This document shows positions 14,396-36,105 of a stretch of DNA of 64,000 nucleotides, one piece after another; positions within the stretch are counted from its first letter, which is position 1, and each line of letters starts with the position of its first letter. The notes under the pieces were generated by a model. That model saw nothing but the letters and a program-made list of their open reading frames with translations, made no database searches and had not been told where the DNA came from. Source of the stretch: the human T2T-CHM13v2.0 reference genome, Homo sapiens. The translations under genes were made by a program, and so were the position numbers. Location: the NCBI RefSeq assembly GCF_009914755.1, contig NC_060927.1; one strand, 5' to 3'.

Positions 14396-14779
14396 ATTGA
14401 TAGAATATTTTAAATAGAGGATTGCAAGCTATTTTGGTATATTTCATAGGGTCAGTTTTCTTCACAGATATTTCTAGCTTTTCTCCTTTTAGGTACTTAA
14501 TATGTTTATCTTTCCCTAGGCAGCTAAAGTTGGACACATTCAAATTACATTTTTGTCAATGGTGTGTGTGTTCCTAGTGTGATTCATCACATTTTTTTTT
14601 ATCATCTACTGCACTGACCAGTAATTGTAAAATTGAAGAGGCTCAGCCAACCTGAGGGAGTCAATGACAATGAGAGAATCTGAAACACACTTTGTTATCC
14701 AGAATTAGAAATGTTACATAATTTGAACCTATCTGCTTCATTGACTTTTCAGCTATAATTTTTGCATTACATTTATTTT

Positions 14780-16600
<1,821 letters not shown>

Positions 16601-19046
16601 CTTACAGTTCTACGTATTCTCTTAAATCTTTCTACAAATCACATATCTCCTTTCCTTTTTGTTTAATGTAATTTGGTTTCATTTATATAACTGTTTATCT
16701 TTCTTTATATGTGCCACTTCCCATTTCCCTCATTCTATTTTAGGACTCCCAACTGTCTTAACTATAGTTAACTTAGCTCATTTATATTTGCTTTCTGCCT
16801 TGTGGTGAGTTTTCCTTCATAATTTCATGTGCTGACTAAAGATTTATTTTTAGATTTAAAAATGTTCTTGTACTATCATAGATTAAAATACTTTTATACA
16901 GTGCGTGACATCAGAAAGGCGGCAAGGTAGAAAGCTTCTAGTCTTTGCTCTGCCACAGAAACACTGGATAAACAACATTAACAACCAGAATAGCATTGTG
17001 AGAAATCTTGTAACAAGTTAAGAAGCTGTAGAAAACAAGCAAACTTTTGCTTGTCATTGTCTCACTTCCTTTTCAATGCAATGCCTACAAGAAATGCTAA
17101 AGTGAGTTCTATCACTTAAAATCTCTAAATGTTATTTGAGTTTAGATTTTTCATTTCCATAGAATGATTGATTATTTGACATTTGAACATTCTTAATACT
17201 TCTGTAAAGTATCAAGACTTACAGTAAGATATACGTATCTATACAAATGTAAGTAAATAGCTACATGTGTGCATGTGTGTATATGTGTAATTATTTTATT
17301 TTTAGCATTGTACTGTTTTTGAATCACTCATGTCCTATTGGTAAATCTGATAATATTTATTGTGATTTGATATTTTCACATTCTACTTAAGACTAAGAAA
17401 ATGTACATGTTTAAGAAAGGATAAAGAAATTTCTTTCTTAGAATAGTAAGGTAATTTATTTTCTTACCTGAAAAAACAAAAATATACAAAGTTGTTTGTT
17501 TATTCTTATTTATAAAAATTGTTGTCATTGCATACCTCATATCACTTTTAGTAAGAAATCAGACTTAAAAATACTTACGTATATTTCATTTTTATATTAA
17601 CCTAAATCTGTCTTTACAGTTTCTTACAGTTGTCATTTCAACTTAATTAACGCATTACTTTATTCTTTTGCAAACCAGCCCACACATTCCCAGAAATATG
17701 AAGTTTTTGTGAAATGCAAATCAAAAAGTATACAATGAAAAGTGCTTTCATCATACCACTTAAAATGGCTTATTAAATTTTTGATAGATATTGTAGGAAA
17801 AGGTATGCAGTTTTTTAGCATGGCCTTTAGATCTGTTGCTTAATACATCATTTATAGAAATTTAATTCTTTCTGATATCTACGTTATACATTTATACACA
17901 TATGGGAATTGTTTTACGTTGTAATTTTTCTGAAAATCATCCTAATCATGTTTGTTTAATATTTTTTCTTCATATTCCAACATAAAACATGTGAAGCTTC
18001 TGTTACAAGAGTGAAGTCCTTGGTCTTTTACTCTCTCACACTTTTTAAAATATCGCTATATAAGGATGTCAATCATAATTTAAAATTCCTTTTCTAAATA
18101 TAGTTGTATTTCATTAATATTTACTGAATTTATAATTATGTCCTTTCATGCAAATGTTTGATACTAGATCTTTGGGAATATTTAGTACACATAAACAATA
18201 AGTATGTTACATTTTGGCAGTATACTATCAGAATTTTTATTTGTTAGAGTTTATAATTAGAAACAAGTTTCTATGTTTTTATTCTGTGCAAACCGTATTC
18301 CATATGACTATAGATTGTCAATATTGAATCTTGTGTCTAAGTAGACAGCACTTGCTATTGCCATGCAGAGACAGAAAGTTTAAGTTAAATATCTAACTAT
18401 CTATAGTAGCTCACTATATTGATAATTATTTAGACCATTGCATATATAAGACAGTCATTATGTTCACAAAATAAGTGGCTGAATAATTTTATTTCTAGCG
18501 TTTCCTCTAGTATTAATATTTTAACTTTGTAATTTTAAATATATGTTCATAATAAACTTCTACAAGGAATCAAAAGGAAATTTAAAAATAACATTCTGTA
18601 AACTACTACTACTCATCCATGTTAATTACATCTACACTTGAATATGGCTTTATAAATTCAAAACATTATACCTATAACAAAATGTATGATAGTTTTTAAC
18701 AACAAAGTTTCTATCAATCATGCAAAGTTTTTGTTGTTGTTTTGTTGTAGCATAGCAGAGAAGGCACATCACAATATATATTTTCATTATAATAAACACT
18801 TCATTGGTCTTATTATTGAATCTTCTGTGCCCATTCCATTCACAAGGGTAATAATTTAAGACAATTTTGGAAATTTTATTCTCTTGCCAGTAATTGATTT
18901 ATGCAGAGATGTGGAATTTTCATATTTGTGTTATCTAGAATTATTGTATCTATATTATCCTTACTATGGGAAGCATCTGAAAACAAAACTTATACACGGA
19001 ATGCCAGTGCAAAGATAGAAGGGACATGACATCGTTGAATCACTGA

Positions 19047-19406
<360 letters not shown>

Positions 19407-19562
19407 TTACTATTTAAATGTATTAAATTCAGTGGGGTTTTTTGTTGTTGTTGTTAATTGTGGCTTACATCATGTTAACACATTTGAGCCCTCTGTTCTT
19501 CAGAGGCAAGAGTTACAGGTAGCTTCAACATGTTAAAGTTTTATATCAGTCATTCTTTAAAA

Positions 19563-19787
<225 letters not shown>

Positions 19788-20203
19788 TATTTACATTTCA
19801 AATTCAGTTTATTTATATGTAAAAGCTAAATGTAAACAAAGAAAAATAGTCAACCTTAGATTTGTTATGAAATTCAATTATTGTTAAAGGTTTGTGTAAT
19901 ATGAAGAGTGTATCAAGCTAATTTTGAACAGTATGTGAAGGAAAAAATTTGAACCCTATTTGTTTAAGCTGAAGATGACAAAAACAAAATTTCACCCTAT
20001 TTCCACTTAATTTTTAAATAAATTAGGCAAAAAAGTAAATGCTTAGTCCAATCAATAAGAGGAGACTGATTCAGAAGAGATGTAACCAGTAACACATCTC
20101 AATCTCAAGAATGCAATAGAAAAATTGGTAGTGATGGAAGTGCTCAGCAAAAACAAAACTATGCAAATGTAATAGAGTTATCAAAGATTAAAGTAATTCT
20201 GGT

Positions 20204-20555
20204 CTGTTATGGAATGAATGTTTGCATTTCCTCCTCCCAAATTCATATGTTGAAACCCTAATCTCCAATGGGATAGTATTGGAAAATGAGGACTTTGGGA
20301 TGTAATTAGGTTGTGAGGATGGATTTGTGCCCTCATAAGAAGAGACAGAAGAGAGCTTGTTTCTTGTCTCTCTGCTGTCTATCATGTGATGATACAATAA
20401 GATGATAAAACATAAAATAGAAGCTCACCAGGCACTGAATTTGCTAGTACCTTAATTTTGTATGTCCTAGCCTTCAGAACTGTGAGAAATAAATTGCTGT
20501 TTAAGCCACCTAGTCTATGGTAATTTTTCTATAGACGTCAAAACTGACTACAACA
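20204..20555 (+). mobile_element. MLT1A-like solo LTR
   Basis: 'tgttatggaatgaatgtttg...ccaaattcatatgttgaaaccctaa...cagaactgtgagaaataaatt...gactacaaca'. Confidence 0.82.
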
Positions 20556-20558
20556 TAG

Positions 20559-20903
<345 letters not shown>

Positions 20904-21199
20904 TGAAGTTTCCTCTTAATGCAAACACAACCCACAAGGAGTGCACTGTGAACAAAATGTCCTTCAGGTGATGGGCCCGGTGCTTGGGAAAGCTTTTGCA
21001 AACAATTCTCACAACAAAGAATGGGAAAGAGGATTCTCTAAGGCGACCTCAAATAAGAGCAGAAGAATTACCAAATCTCAATCTTTTGTCCCCAGATACT
21101 TGGGAGAAAGCAATGATAGTAAGGATAAAAAAGGTATGGCTGGAACACAGTGTCCTAGGTAAAGAAAAATACTCATTTTTTCACTATCTGTGACTTAAA

Positions 21200-23100
21200 A
21201 AGGTCACACTTGTTAAACATTTACTATCGAGCCACTAGGTTTAAATTAAATTATAGAAGTAATGACATTCAACATAAAGCTCCATACATACCAATAAAGA
21301 TGGTAAATCTAAATAAAGAGAAAAGACAATTATATGCTATTTTTCTTCAAAAGCAATTTTCAAATGTAAGAACACAAAATGTTTGAAAGCATAAGTATGA
21401 GAAACCTTTCAAACATTTCCTAAAAGAGCTAGTATAGCTATGTTAAGGAGATACAGTAAACCTTAAATAAAAATGTAGCATGAGAGACAAAGATTGTGAT
21501 TATAAAAGAAACTTTTCAACAGGAATGTGTAAGAATTCTAAGTGTGCAATTAATAAGATAGTTGTTATATATAATACAGTATTTAAAGAGAAACTACATT
21601 AGAATTTGAAATAGAGACAAATCTACAAATACCTTTTGGTATTCTTAAAAATCTTTTTCAAGTGAGACTATTTTTAAAAAATTAGAAGATTTAGTAAATA
21701 ATATCAATAAACAACAGATTTCATTGAAGTATATAGCATGCAAATGCTTTTCAAAGAACCATGTGTCATTTATTTACCAAATCTATTTATTTACCAAATC
21801 TATTTATTTACCAAATCTATTTACCAAAATAGATTATATCCTGAGTCATAAAAAGGTTTCAGCAATTTTAGAAGACATGACTTATATAATTTCCTGATGA
21901 CTTTAAAATGAAATCAGATTCAATAACAAAAAGTTAATTAGAAAATCAAGGAGTTTGAAAATTAAGTGACACTCTGAACGATAAGTCAAAGGGCCAATTT
22001 TATTTAAAAATGAGTACATTTTATTTAAAAATGAGTAAATTGATAAAATAACAAAATTTACTAGATTTAGGAAAGCAACAAGTCATCAGATTTTTATTGT
22101 CATTAAATAAAATATTATCAGCAAAAGGTTGAAAAGTAATGACATAGGCTTCCCAAATATACATAACAAAATGTAAGTTATATCTAAATAAAGTAGAATA
22201 GAGGAAATAACAAATATGATGAAGAAACTTATGAAACAAAATATAGAGGTAAAATGAAAAGAACTAAAAATTTTTAAATGAAAGGTCAGCGCAAACCAAT
22301 AAAATTTTTAAAAAGACTGGATAATTAATGAGAGAAATATAGATTAATAATATCACAACTTTAAAAATTTCCGTGGACAGATACTAAAGTTATTTAGAGT
22401 ATAGTTAGGCAATTGCAGAAAATAACTTTTTGTCAATTAGTTTGATAATTTAGATGATAAAGACAACTTTTATGAAACACTGAAAAAAACCCTAATAATA
22501 ACATAAAAATAGCCCTATGTGTATATGAAAATATCAAGAGTCCTACATGAACCTAAGAAACTGAATTTGTAATTTGAAACACTGTTATAAAATCAATTCT
22601 AGGACCAGATGGTTCAATTACAAATTCCTCAAATCATTCAAAGGAGTAATATCACTAATTTACAAACTGCCATAAAATATAAAAAGTTAGAACACTTTTC
22701 ATCTAATTTTTATGAAGAAAATATATGTTTTATACAAAAAGCTAAGATATAAGATAAAATAATGATGAGGTTATAGCTCTTTTAAATATGTATATGTTTG
22801 TGTTAATATCTCTCGTATGTATATATATAAAATGCTACCAAGTTAAATTTATGGTAGATTAAAAGCAAACTACCTAATAATCATTTGACATTTTGCAAGA
22901 AATGTAAAAATGGCTTAAAATTGAAAAGCAATATAATTTACTGTGCCAATAATTGTTAAGCAATCATGTAATCATCTCAATAAATGCCACAAGAACATTG
23001 GATAAAATCCATTTGTGATCATAAACTCTGAACTTATTAGAAATAGAAGAAAATGCATTGTTCTGACACAAGGCACTCCTAAAAGTCATACAGAAAGAAT
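21200..23100 (+). mobile_element. Highly degraded L1ME-like ORF2
   Basis: A-rich, colinear ORF2 remnants ('ctaggaccagatggttcaattacaaattc', 'catgtaatcatctcaataaatgcc'). Confidence 0.65.
21767..21828. repeat. 17-bp minisatellite (atttatttaccaaatct) x ~3.7
   Basis: Direct inspection. Confidence 0.9.
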
Positions 23101-23109
23101 AATACATAC

Positions 23110-24145
23110 TGAAACAATAGTACATACTAATGAAGTAGTGAATAAGGAAATCAACTACATACGGCTGAAAAAAATCATATTCAGTTATATTCAATTACTT
23201 TTCTAGGACTCACTGGAGAACTGAGATGGTGGGACAAACTTAACATCCCATGCCTCCCCAAACTTGGAGACATAGAAATAAGAGCTGAGATCTGCTTATC
23301 TGGAGCAGAAGGCACTGGAGCCATAAGCTGGTGGGACCATTTAGATGCACTGCTAGAGGCTAGTGTGAACTAGTATGAGACTGAGAAAATTGCAGAAGAT
23401 TTAGTCTTAGGAAGTTTCAACATTTGGTTATTTTAACTTCCATTACCCCACCATGTTCTTATCAAAAATATTTGAGGGAGATTGCCCTCATGGTTCTGGC
23501 AAGGGGAAGAAAAGAATATCAACTGTGAAATATTTCCAAACTATTCGAGATAACAAAGGCATACTCTTTGGAACCAAAGACTTATTTCAAAGTCTTTTCC
23601 TGAGGAGGAGTGGCATTCATCCTACTCCTGCTCCTCTAGTTTTCATATTTCAAATAAGGGAGGAAAAACATGGATATCACTTGGAATCACTTGAGAAGGT
23701 CACAGCTCAGAGACACAGGCTCAAGAATGTGATATAATTGGAAAATTATAAGACATTCCTCTCCCTACAGATTAATACCATACTAATAAAGTTTTAAAAT
23801 AATAGCAATAGATTATAGCTGAAACATTTGCAAGCAAAAGCCTCTTTTTGTGGAGAAGGACTTAGGGAAACCCAAGTAAAAAATAAGAGCAAAAATAAAG
23901 ACACCAGAGGAATTTTAAGCTTCTGTCACCTACGGCAACAGAAAATATTAAACATTTAACAGAAAACATTTAACCCCTAGTCGGATTAAATCTTCAAACT
24001 TTAGTATTATTTACCTCAGATCTTATTAACTAATACACTGTATCTGGATTTAAATAACAACAGCAACATAAATCAGAAGGCATTTCAAAAATAGAAGAAA
24101 ATAGAGTCTGAACAAAAAAGGAAAGGAAAAGAACCAGACACATAT
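23110..24145 (+). mobile_element. L1MD-like 5' region
   Basis: Shares 'ccccaaactt(g)gagaca', 'tgctagaggct' and 'gaaccagac..a.at' motifs with 4440-5490. Confidence 0.6.
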
Positions 24146-24147
24146 GT

Positions 24148-25358
24148 CTATCCTTATGCCAGTACCACACTGTCTAGATTACTTTTGCTTCACAGTAAGT
24201 TTAAAATAGGAAGTCTGAGCCCTTTTACTTAAAAATGTCTTAAGAAAACAAAAATAGAAACACAACATACCCAAACTTTTGTGATGAAACAAAAATAGTA
24301 CTCTTAGAAAAGTTGGTAGCAATAAATGCCAAAAAAGAGGAAAGAACTCATATAAACAACCTAACTTTACACTCAAATAACTAGAAAAAGAACAAATTAA
24401 GCTCCAGCTTACTAGAAGGGAAAAATTTTAAAAAGATTAGAGCAAAAGCAAATAAAATGGAGACTAGAAAAGTAATAGAAAGATCAATGAAACTAAAAGT
24501 GAATTTTCTTGAAAGATAAAATAATTGACAAACCTTTAGCTACAGTAACAAAGAAAAAGAGAAAAAAGACCCAAGTAAAAAGTTCTGTTACTAATTTTTC
24601 TTTTAGTTTCTTTATTGACTCACTGGTTGTTCAGGGGAGCATGTAGTTTATTTTCCACATATTGTGAATTTTCCAATATTTCTCCTGCTATTGATTTCTA
24701 GTTTTATACCATTGTGGTTGGAAAAGATACTTGATATGATTTAAATATTTTTTTTATTTGGACTTGTTTGTAGTCTATGTTCCATGTGCATTAGAGAATA
24801 ATGTGTATTCTATGCTTTGGGGTAGAATGTTCAATATATGTCTATTAGGTTAATTTGGTCTAAAGTGTAGTTTAAATCGGATGTTTCCATATCGAGTTTC
24901 TGACTAGATGAGGCCATTGTTGAAGTGATGTATAGAAGTCTGCAGCTATGATTGCGCTGAAGTCTATCTCTACCTTTAAATCTTCAAATATTTGCTTTAT
25001 ATGTCTAGGTGCTCCAATGTAGAGTGTGTATATATTTTTATTGTTATATCCCCTTAATCAACTGACCTCGTTATCACTGTATAATGATCTTTCTAGTCTC
25101 ATTTTACAGTTTTTAATTTAAAGCCTATTTTGTCTAATATAACTACCCCTACTCTCTTTTGGTTTCCATTTGGATGCAATCTTTTTCCATCTCTTTGCTT
25201 TCAATTTACGTGTGTCCTTAAAAATGAAATGAGTCTCCTGTAGGCCACATGTAATTGGATTTTTTTTAAAGTCCATTCAGCCACTAGAGTATGTCTCTTG
25301 ATTGCAGAATTAAACCCATTTACATTCAAAGTGATTATTGATAGGTAGGGAGTTACTA
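24148..25358 (-). mobile_element. Rearranged L1M ORF2 pieces (minus 24148-24223, plus 24228-24580, minus 24590-25358)
   Basis: Each block matches L1 ORF2, with alternating orientation. Confidence 0.75.
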
Positions 25359-25449
25359 CCTATCAATAATCTAGTTGTTAAGTCTAGATTTTTCACAGAT
25401 GTTCTTTAACAAGTCCATGAAGTTTTCTCTTTTTTTATTAGCTGATACA

Positions 25450-26340
25450 TATTTTTATACATTTCCTTTAAAAGATGTTGGCTTATGGCAAATGTTTTTC
25501 TACTTCTAGTGAGATGATCACAAGCTTTTATTTTCTCTTTTTAGTCTCTTAAAATGGAGGAATACATTGTTTAAATTTTAATGCAACTCAGTACTGTATT
25601 CCTGAGATAAAACTTACTTGTGGATGACATACTTATTCTTTTATACATTGCTGAATTAAAATTTCAAACACAGTTTATTAATAATATTTGCATCTATGTT
25701 TATTTGGAATATTGGTCTATAATTTCTTGAATTGCAATGGTTTGTTTCAGTTTGGCATTAATGTTTCATAAAATAATTTAGGTGCTATTCGAGGTTCATT
25801 CATATTACTTATAAACTTTATTTAATTATTTAATTTGTAACAGATTTCAGTAACTTCATTTGTAAATTGAATGAAGCATAATTTTGTAATTATTTTATTT
25901 AATTTTCAGTTAATTCTAATTTAAATAATTTTAAAAATATGTATAAATTTGTATTTTTTAATTCAGTATATGTTCTTTTATTATAGGAGTTAAATCATGC
26001 TTATAATGTGTTCTTATTAAACATGAATGGGTATATAATATATACTAATTTGGGAAATTTTATACAAATATTTATTAGCTCAGGCTAGCTAATAGGTTAT
26101 TTAGATGTTTTGAATACTTTATCTGTGAATAAGAGATATGTGAATATATTTGGCTTATCGAGGGTTTGACAATTGCTGTACTTTTCAGTTAAATTTCATA
26201 CTATTACATCTGAAAAAACATTTTAAATTGTGCATCAATTTGGATATCTCATATTTTTAATTATGGAAGTTATGCATTTCTAAATGACATAATGTGTTTT
26301 TATCCCTAATTTTTTTTAACCAGAATATTATTTTTTTAAA
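25450..26340 (-). mobile_element. Degraded L1ME-like ORF2 fragment
   Basis: 'attcctgagataaaacttacttg...atatttgcatctatgtt...atattggtctataatt'. Confidence 0.55.
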
Positions 26341-26351
26341 ATGTAAATATA

Positions 26352-26672
<321 letters not shown>

Positions 26673-26724
26673 TCAGCATACTTTTTGATATAATGTGGCC
26701 AGTCTATTTTCTTACATTTTCCTG

Positions 26725-28145
<1,421 letters not shown>

Positions 28146-28661
28146 TTATGAGAAGAGAGTGAAAGTATTCTAGAATGAATACAAGGAGACGAGTATGAAA
28201 AATTAAATTACCATGAGTACAAAGAAAGGACAGCATTCCACACACACCAATTGTGGAAAAGAAATGTGGGCCTGAAGAACAACCTGTAAGTTTGATAACA
28301 TTAAATAGCAACAAAATCTCCTTATTTCATATTTACTTGTATGGTATATATCTATAGTCTTGGGTTTGGTAAATATTCTCCTAATTGATGACATACACAT
28401 TAAAGTGAAATATTTATAAGAAAAAAATCAAATTTTTATTTGAACATTATATTTTAACATGAAAGCCAAATAAAAAGTATTAAAAGCAAAAGATATAACA
28501 TAATATATAATGTCCTCTAAGTAACTTTCAAATATTAAAAAAAGATACTTTGAAACTTTTAAAAAAGGTTTTATGCTAAACTTTTTAAAGAGGTATTATT
28601 TTATCATTTATGTTTTCAAAATTTTTTCAAAATATTTCTCAGTTTTATATTTGTACTTTGT

Positions 28662-30122
<1,461 letters not shown>

Positions 30123-30339
30123 TATTTGTACTTTGTAAGTTTATGAAGACACAGTCAAGATTCCAGAGCAAATGATTATTAACAGATCACTAATCTTAAA
30201 ATGATGAGCTATATTTTACAGAGATTGGAAGCAAATAATCTTCCTAGTTGATATTGACCACAATTCCTTCAGTTTTTGTTCCAATTATGAATCAGCTTTT
30301 CAAACAACCCCCAAGAGAAAGAAAGAAACGAGAGAGAGA

Positions 30340-30387
30340 GGAAGGAAGGAAGGAAGGAAGGAAGGAAGGAAGGAAGGAAGGAAGGAA
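30340..30387. repeat. (GGAA)n microsatellite, ~12 units
   Basis: Direct inspection. Confidence 0.95.
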
Positions 30388-31699
30388 GACACCAATTTCT
30401 CCAAGACACTAAACTGTTGATTTCTGGTGCTTAAATTGCCACAAAATTTGCAACAGAAAGCTACTAATACAATATATCTCTGGTCAATATGTATCACAGG
30501 CAGATGTTTTCACTCCTACCTCTCAACCAAAAAAAATAAAAAAGAAAAGAAAGAAAGAATAAAAAACACAGATGCCAGAACCTGTTTTACCATGTGTGAT
30601 GAGGTAACTAGAAATTTGTTCCGCTTTCATTTTCAAAGTGTTATTTTCTATTTTTCTCTATGTGACCCAGTTGGATCTGGTCGCTTTCTGGTTGACTTTC
30701 AAAATGCAGTGATTTATCTCACTATAACATTTGTCTTAGCCAATTACATTCTTTTTCGTAGGAAGTCATGGACTTGAGCGTCAATAATTGCTTTGAAGAA
30801 GTCACAGATGAGAGAGAAATGAGAGGGAATAAAACACCCTCATTGTGAACAAACTATGTGGACCTCAGCCATAAATTTGCAGAAGAATTGTCCACAAGGT
30901 AAGGATAAGCATCATATAAATTATTTTGTTGAAATAAAAACCATTCTGAAAAGCTTCTTATGTATATAATTTCCTCATAAATATTTGCTTAATTAAATTG
31001 ACCAGAAGGTAAACATAGTGTCTGGAAGACATTTAAAAAATATTCATGCAACACATTAAAATAAATAGAAATTTTAGGAAACTTGGGACTAGTTATGCTA
31101 TTTGTCATAATGAACTTACTTTAAAATTTATCAAAAGTTTTTTTTCTCATTAAATCTGGAAATTAAGCAGGCACACAATGATGTAAGGAATAATGAACAT
31201 TATCAAAATATGGATTCAACTCTTCTTTACACAGCAAAACATTCAATTTAAAGATAAATCTCACAGAGACTTATACTGAAAAAAAAATGTGCTTTGCAAC
31301 AGAAAAAAATTAAAAAAAGAAAGCTAGTCCAAATATGGGCTAGTCTGACGCTGATGCTATTGTGGAGCATTTTATATTAGGATTCAATGTGGCTAGTCAT
31401 GCCAACCTTAATACATGCAAAGCTGTTATAAATCAGGAAGCCATCTAAACTCTAGGAAAGAAAAAAGTACACCTCAGCTATAGTTAAAATGTTCTTAGGA
31501 TTCTGTTTGCATGTTTACCTCTCTAAATTTGAAAATGCTAGATAGTCTTTATTGGACCCATATATGAGCTGAACCACTCATCTGTGCATATAGCTCACAG
31601 CCTATATTTCTATATTCCAGAAATGGTTCCTGGTAGACATTTCTTCGGGGGTCTATAACGTTTGACCCTCAAAGAACATTTGGTTGTGTCTACCTTTTA

Positions 31700-31771
31700 T
31701 TTTTTCTCCATGCGGGATTTTCTGGTGAAAACTGGAAAACCTACTAGACAAATTGTAAAAGAGCTATAACA
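31700..31771. mobile_element. Probable ERV1 LTR terminus fragment
   Basis: 'gaaaacctactagacaaattgtaaaagagctataaca' resembles an ERV1 LTR end; family not assigned. Confidence 0.35.
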
Positions 31772-31842
31772 CTTGGGCTGTGTCTCTTTGATCAGTCTGC
31801 TTCTAGGGCACTTATTTCAAGACTTTGAAATAGAGGAATCTG

Positions 31843-34812
<2,970 letters not shown>

Positions 34813-35499
34813 AATAGAGGGATCTGACCTCTAATCTTTTCCTCCTTGGCTTGCTGAGATTGCAGGAATGCTATGGCTTGTCATTCAGAGGCTTTTTGCT
34901 TGATTGTTTAGACCCTGAACTTGTGCAGCTTAAGAGTTGTATATGTGTGTGAGGTGGGATAGTCTGGTTGTTAGGCTGAGTTTTCCATGTCTTTCCTCTC
35001 ATCAAGATCTTGCCCTTCATGCTACACTTTTGTATTTCAGCCGCAAAAGAACACTTGTATGTCCACTGGTTTCACTGTACCTAGCAGAGTCCCTGTGTCT
35101 AGGAAAAGTTCAGATTCTAAGCCTTAAATGACTTAAGTCCAGATCCACAAATACACTTGTGGAAAAAATGTTACTTCAGAATGTCATTTCTGCTGTCTTC
35201 CATAATCCCCTCACCAGAAAGATGGCCCCTCTTGTCTTGGAGACGTCAATATTTCTCTGATGTTTTTACATAGATGTTCTTAATGCAGCTTTTCTAGTTT
35301 TTTTTTTTTTTCTTCTGGGGCACACAATCTACTTCATTCTGTTTTACAGTCGATATCCCAACATATTTTTTTCTAAAAAAATATAGATTAATATACAGAA
35401 AATTTGATAACAGATGCAAACATCTCAGTGGTTTTATAATGTTTTCTACCAGAAAGTGGCACATAACCAATGTCTGTTGTTGCCTTTGACTGCAGAGTG

Positions 35500-35612
35500 A
35501 GAGTGGTAATCTGTTCCTGTTTGCCTAGGACATGTGAGGTTCTCAGGATGCTGGACTTTCAGTGGTACAGCAAAAAATGTTCTTGGAATATTAAGATGAG
35601 TTGATCCACCTA
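35500..35612 (-). mobile_element. MER81-like hAT MITE
   Basis: 'tcctgtttgcctaggac...ggactttcagtg...gatgagttgatccacct' follows the MER81 layout, ~112 bp. Confidence 0.6.
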
Positions 35613-35919
35613 AAATGAAAATCTACTAATGCATTCATTTTTAACGTGAGAAACACACAAGAACTCCAAATATAATAGCTCTTATTGTTTCTACTTTACA
35701 CCAATGTCATGTGCCGGAGCAACAAAATGATATTCCAAAATTCTTATAACTGTTATTAAAACCTTACATTCAAACTCATAAAAGATTCAATCTCACTACT
35801 TGCTTCTTTTCTTGGAGAACATTACAAATACTATTTTGAAATAAATCTTTATGTGCTTTCTAAATTTTGTTTTGCTGTCTGATTCTATTAATTTCATAAT
35901 CATGTATGATCTTCTGCAG

Positions 35920-36105
35920 CATATGGAAAGACCCTGAATTTTCATCCCAGATCCTCTGATAATTAGTTACATGACTTGATCAATTCTTAAAAACTCTGTT
36001 TTTAATCAGTAATGCATGAGTTATATTTGTTTCTTATATATTAAATGAGTTAATATCTGTAAAATACTTAAAACAATGGCAGTTGTATTAATGCTATATA
36101 AATAT
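35920..36105 (+). mobile_element. MIR
   Basis: 'attagttacatgacttgatcaattcttaa...attaaatgagttaatatctgtaaaatacttaaaacaatg'. Confidence 0.65.
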
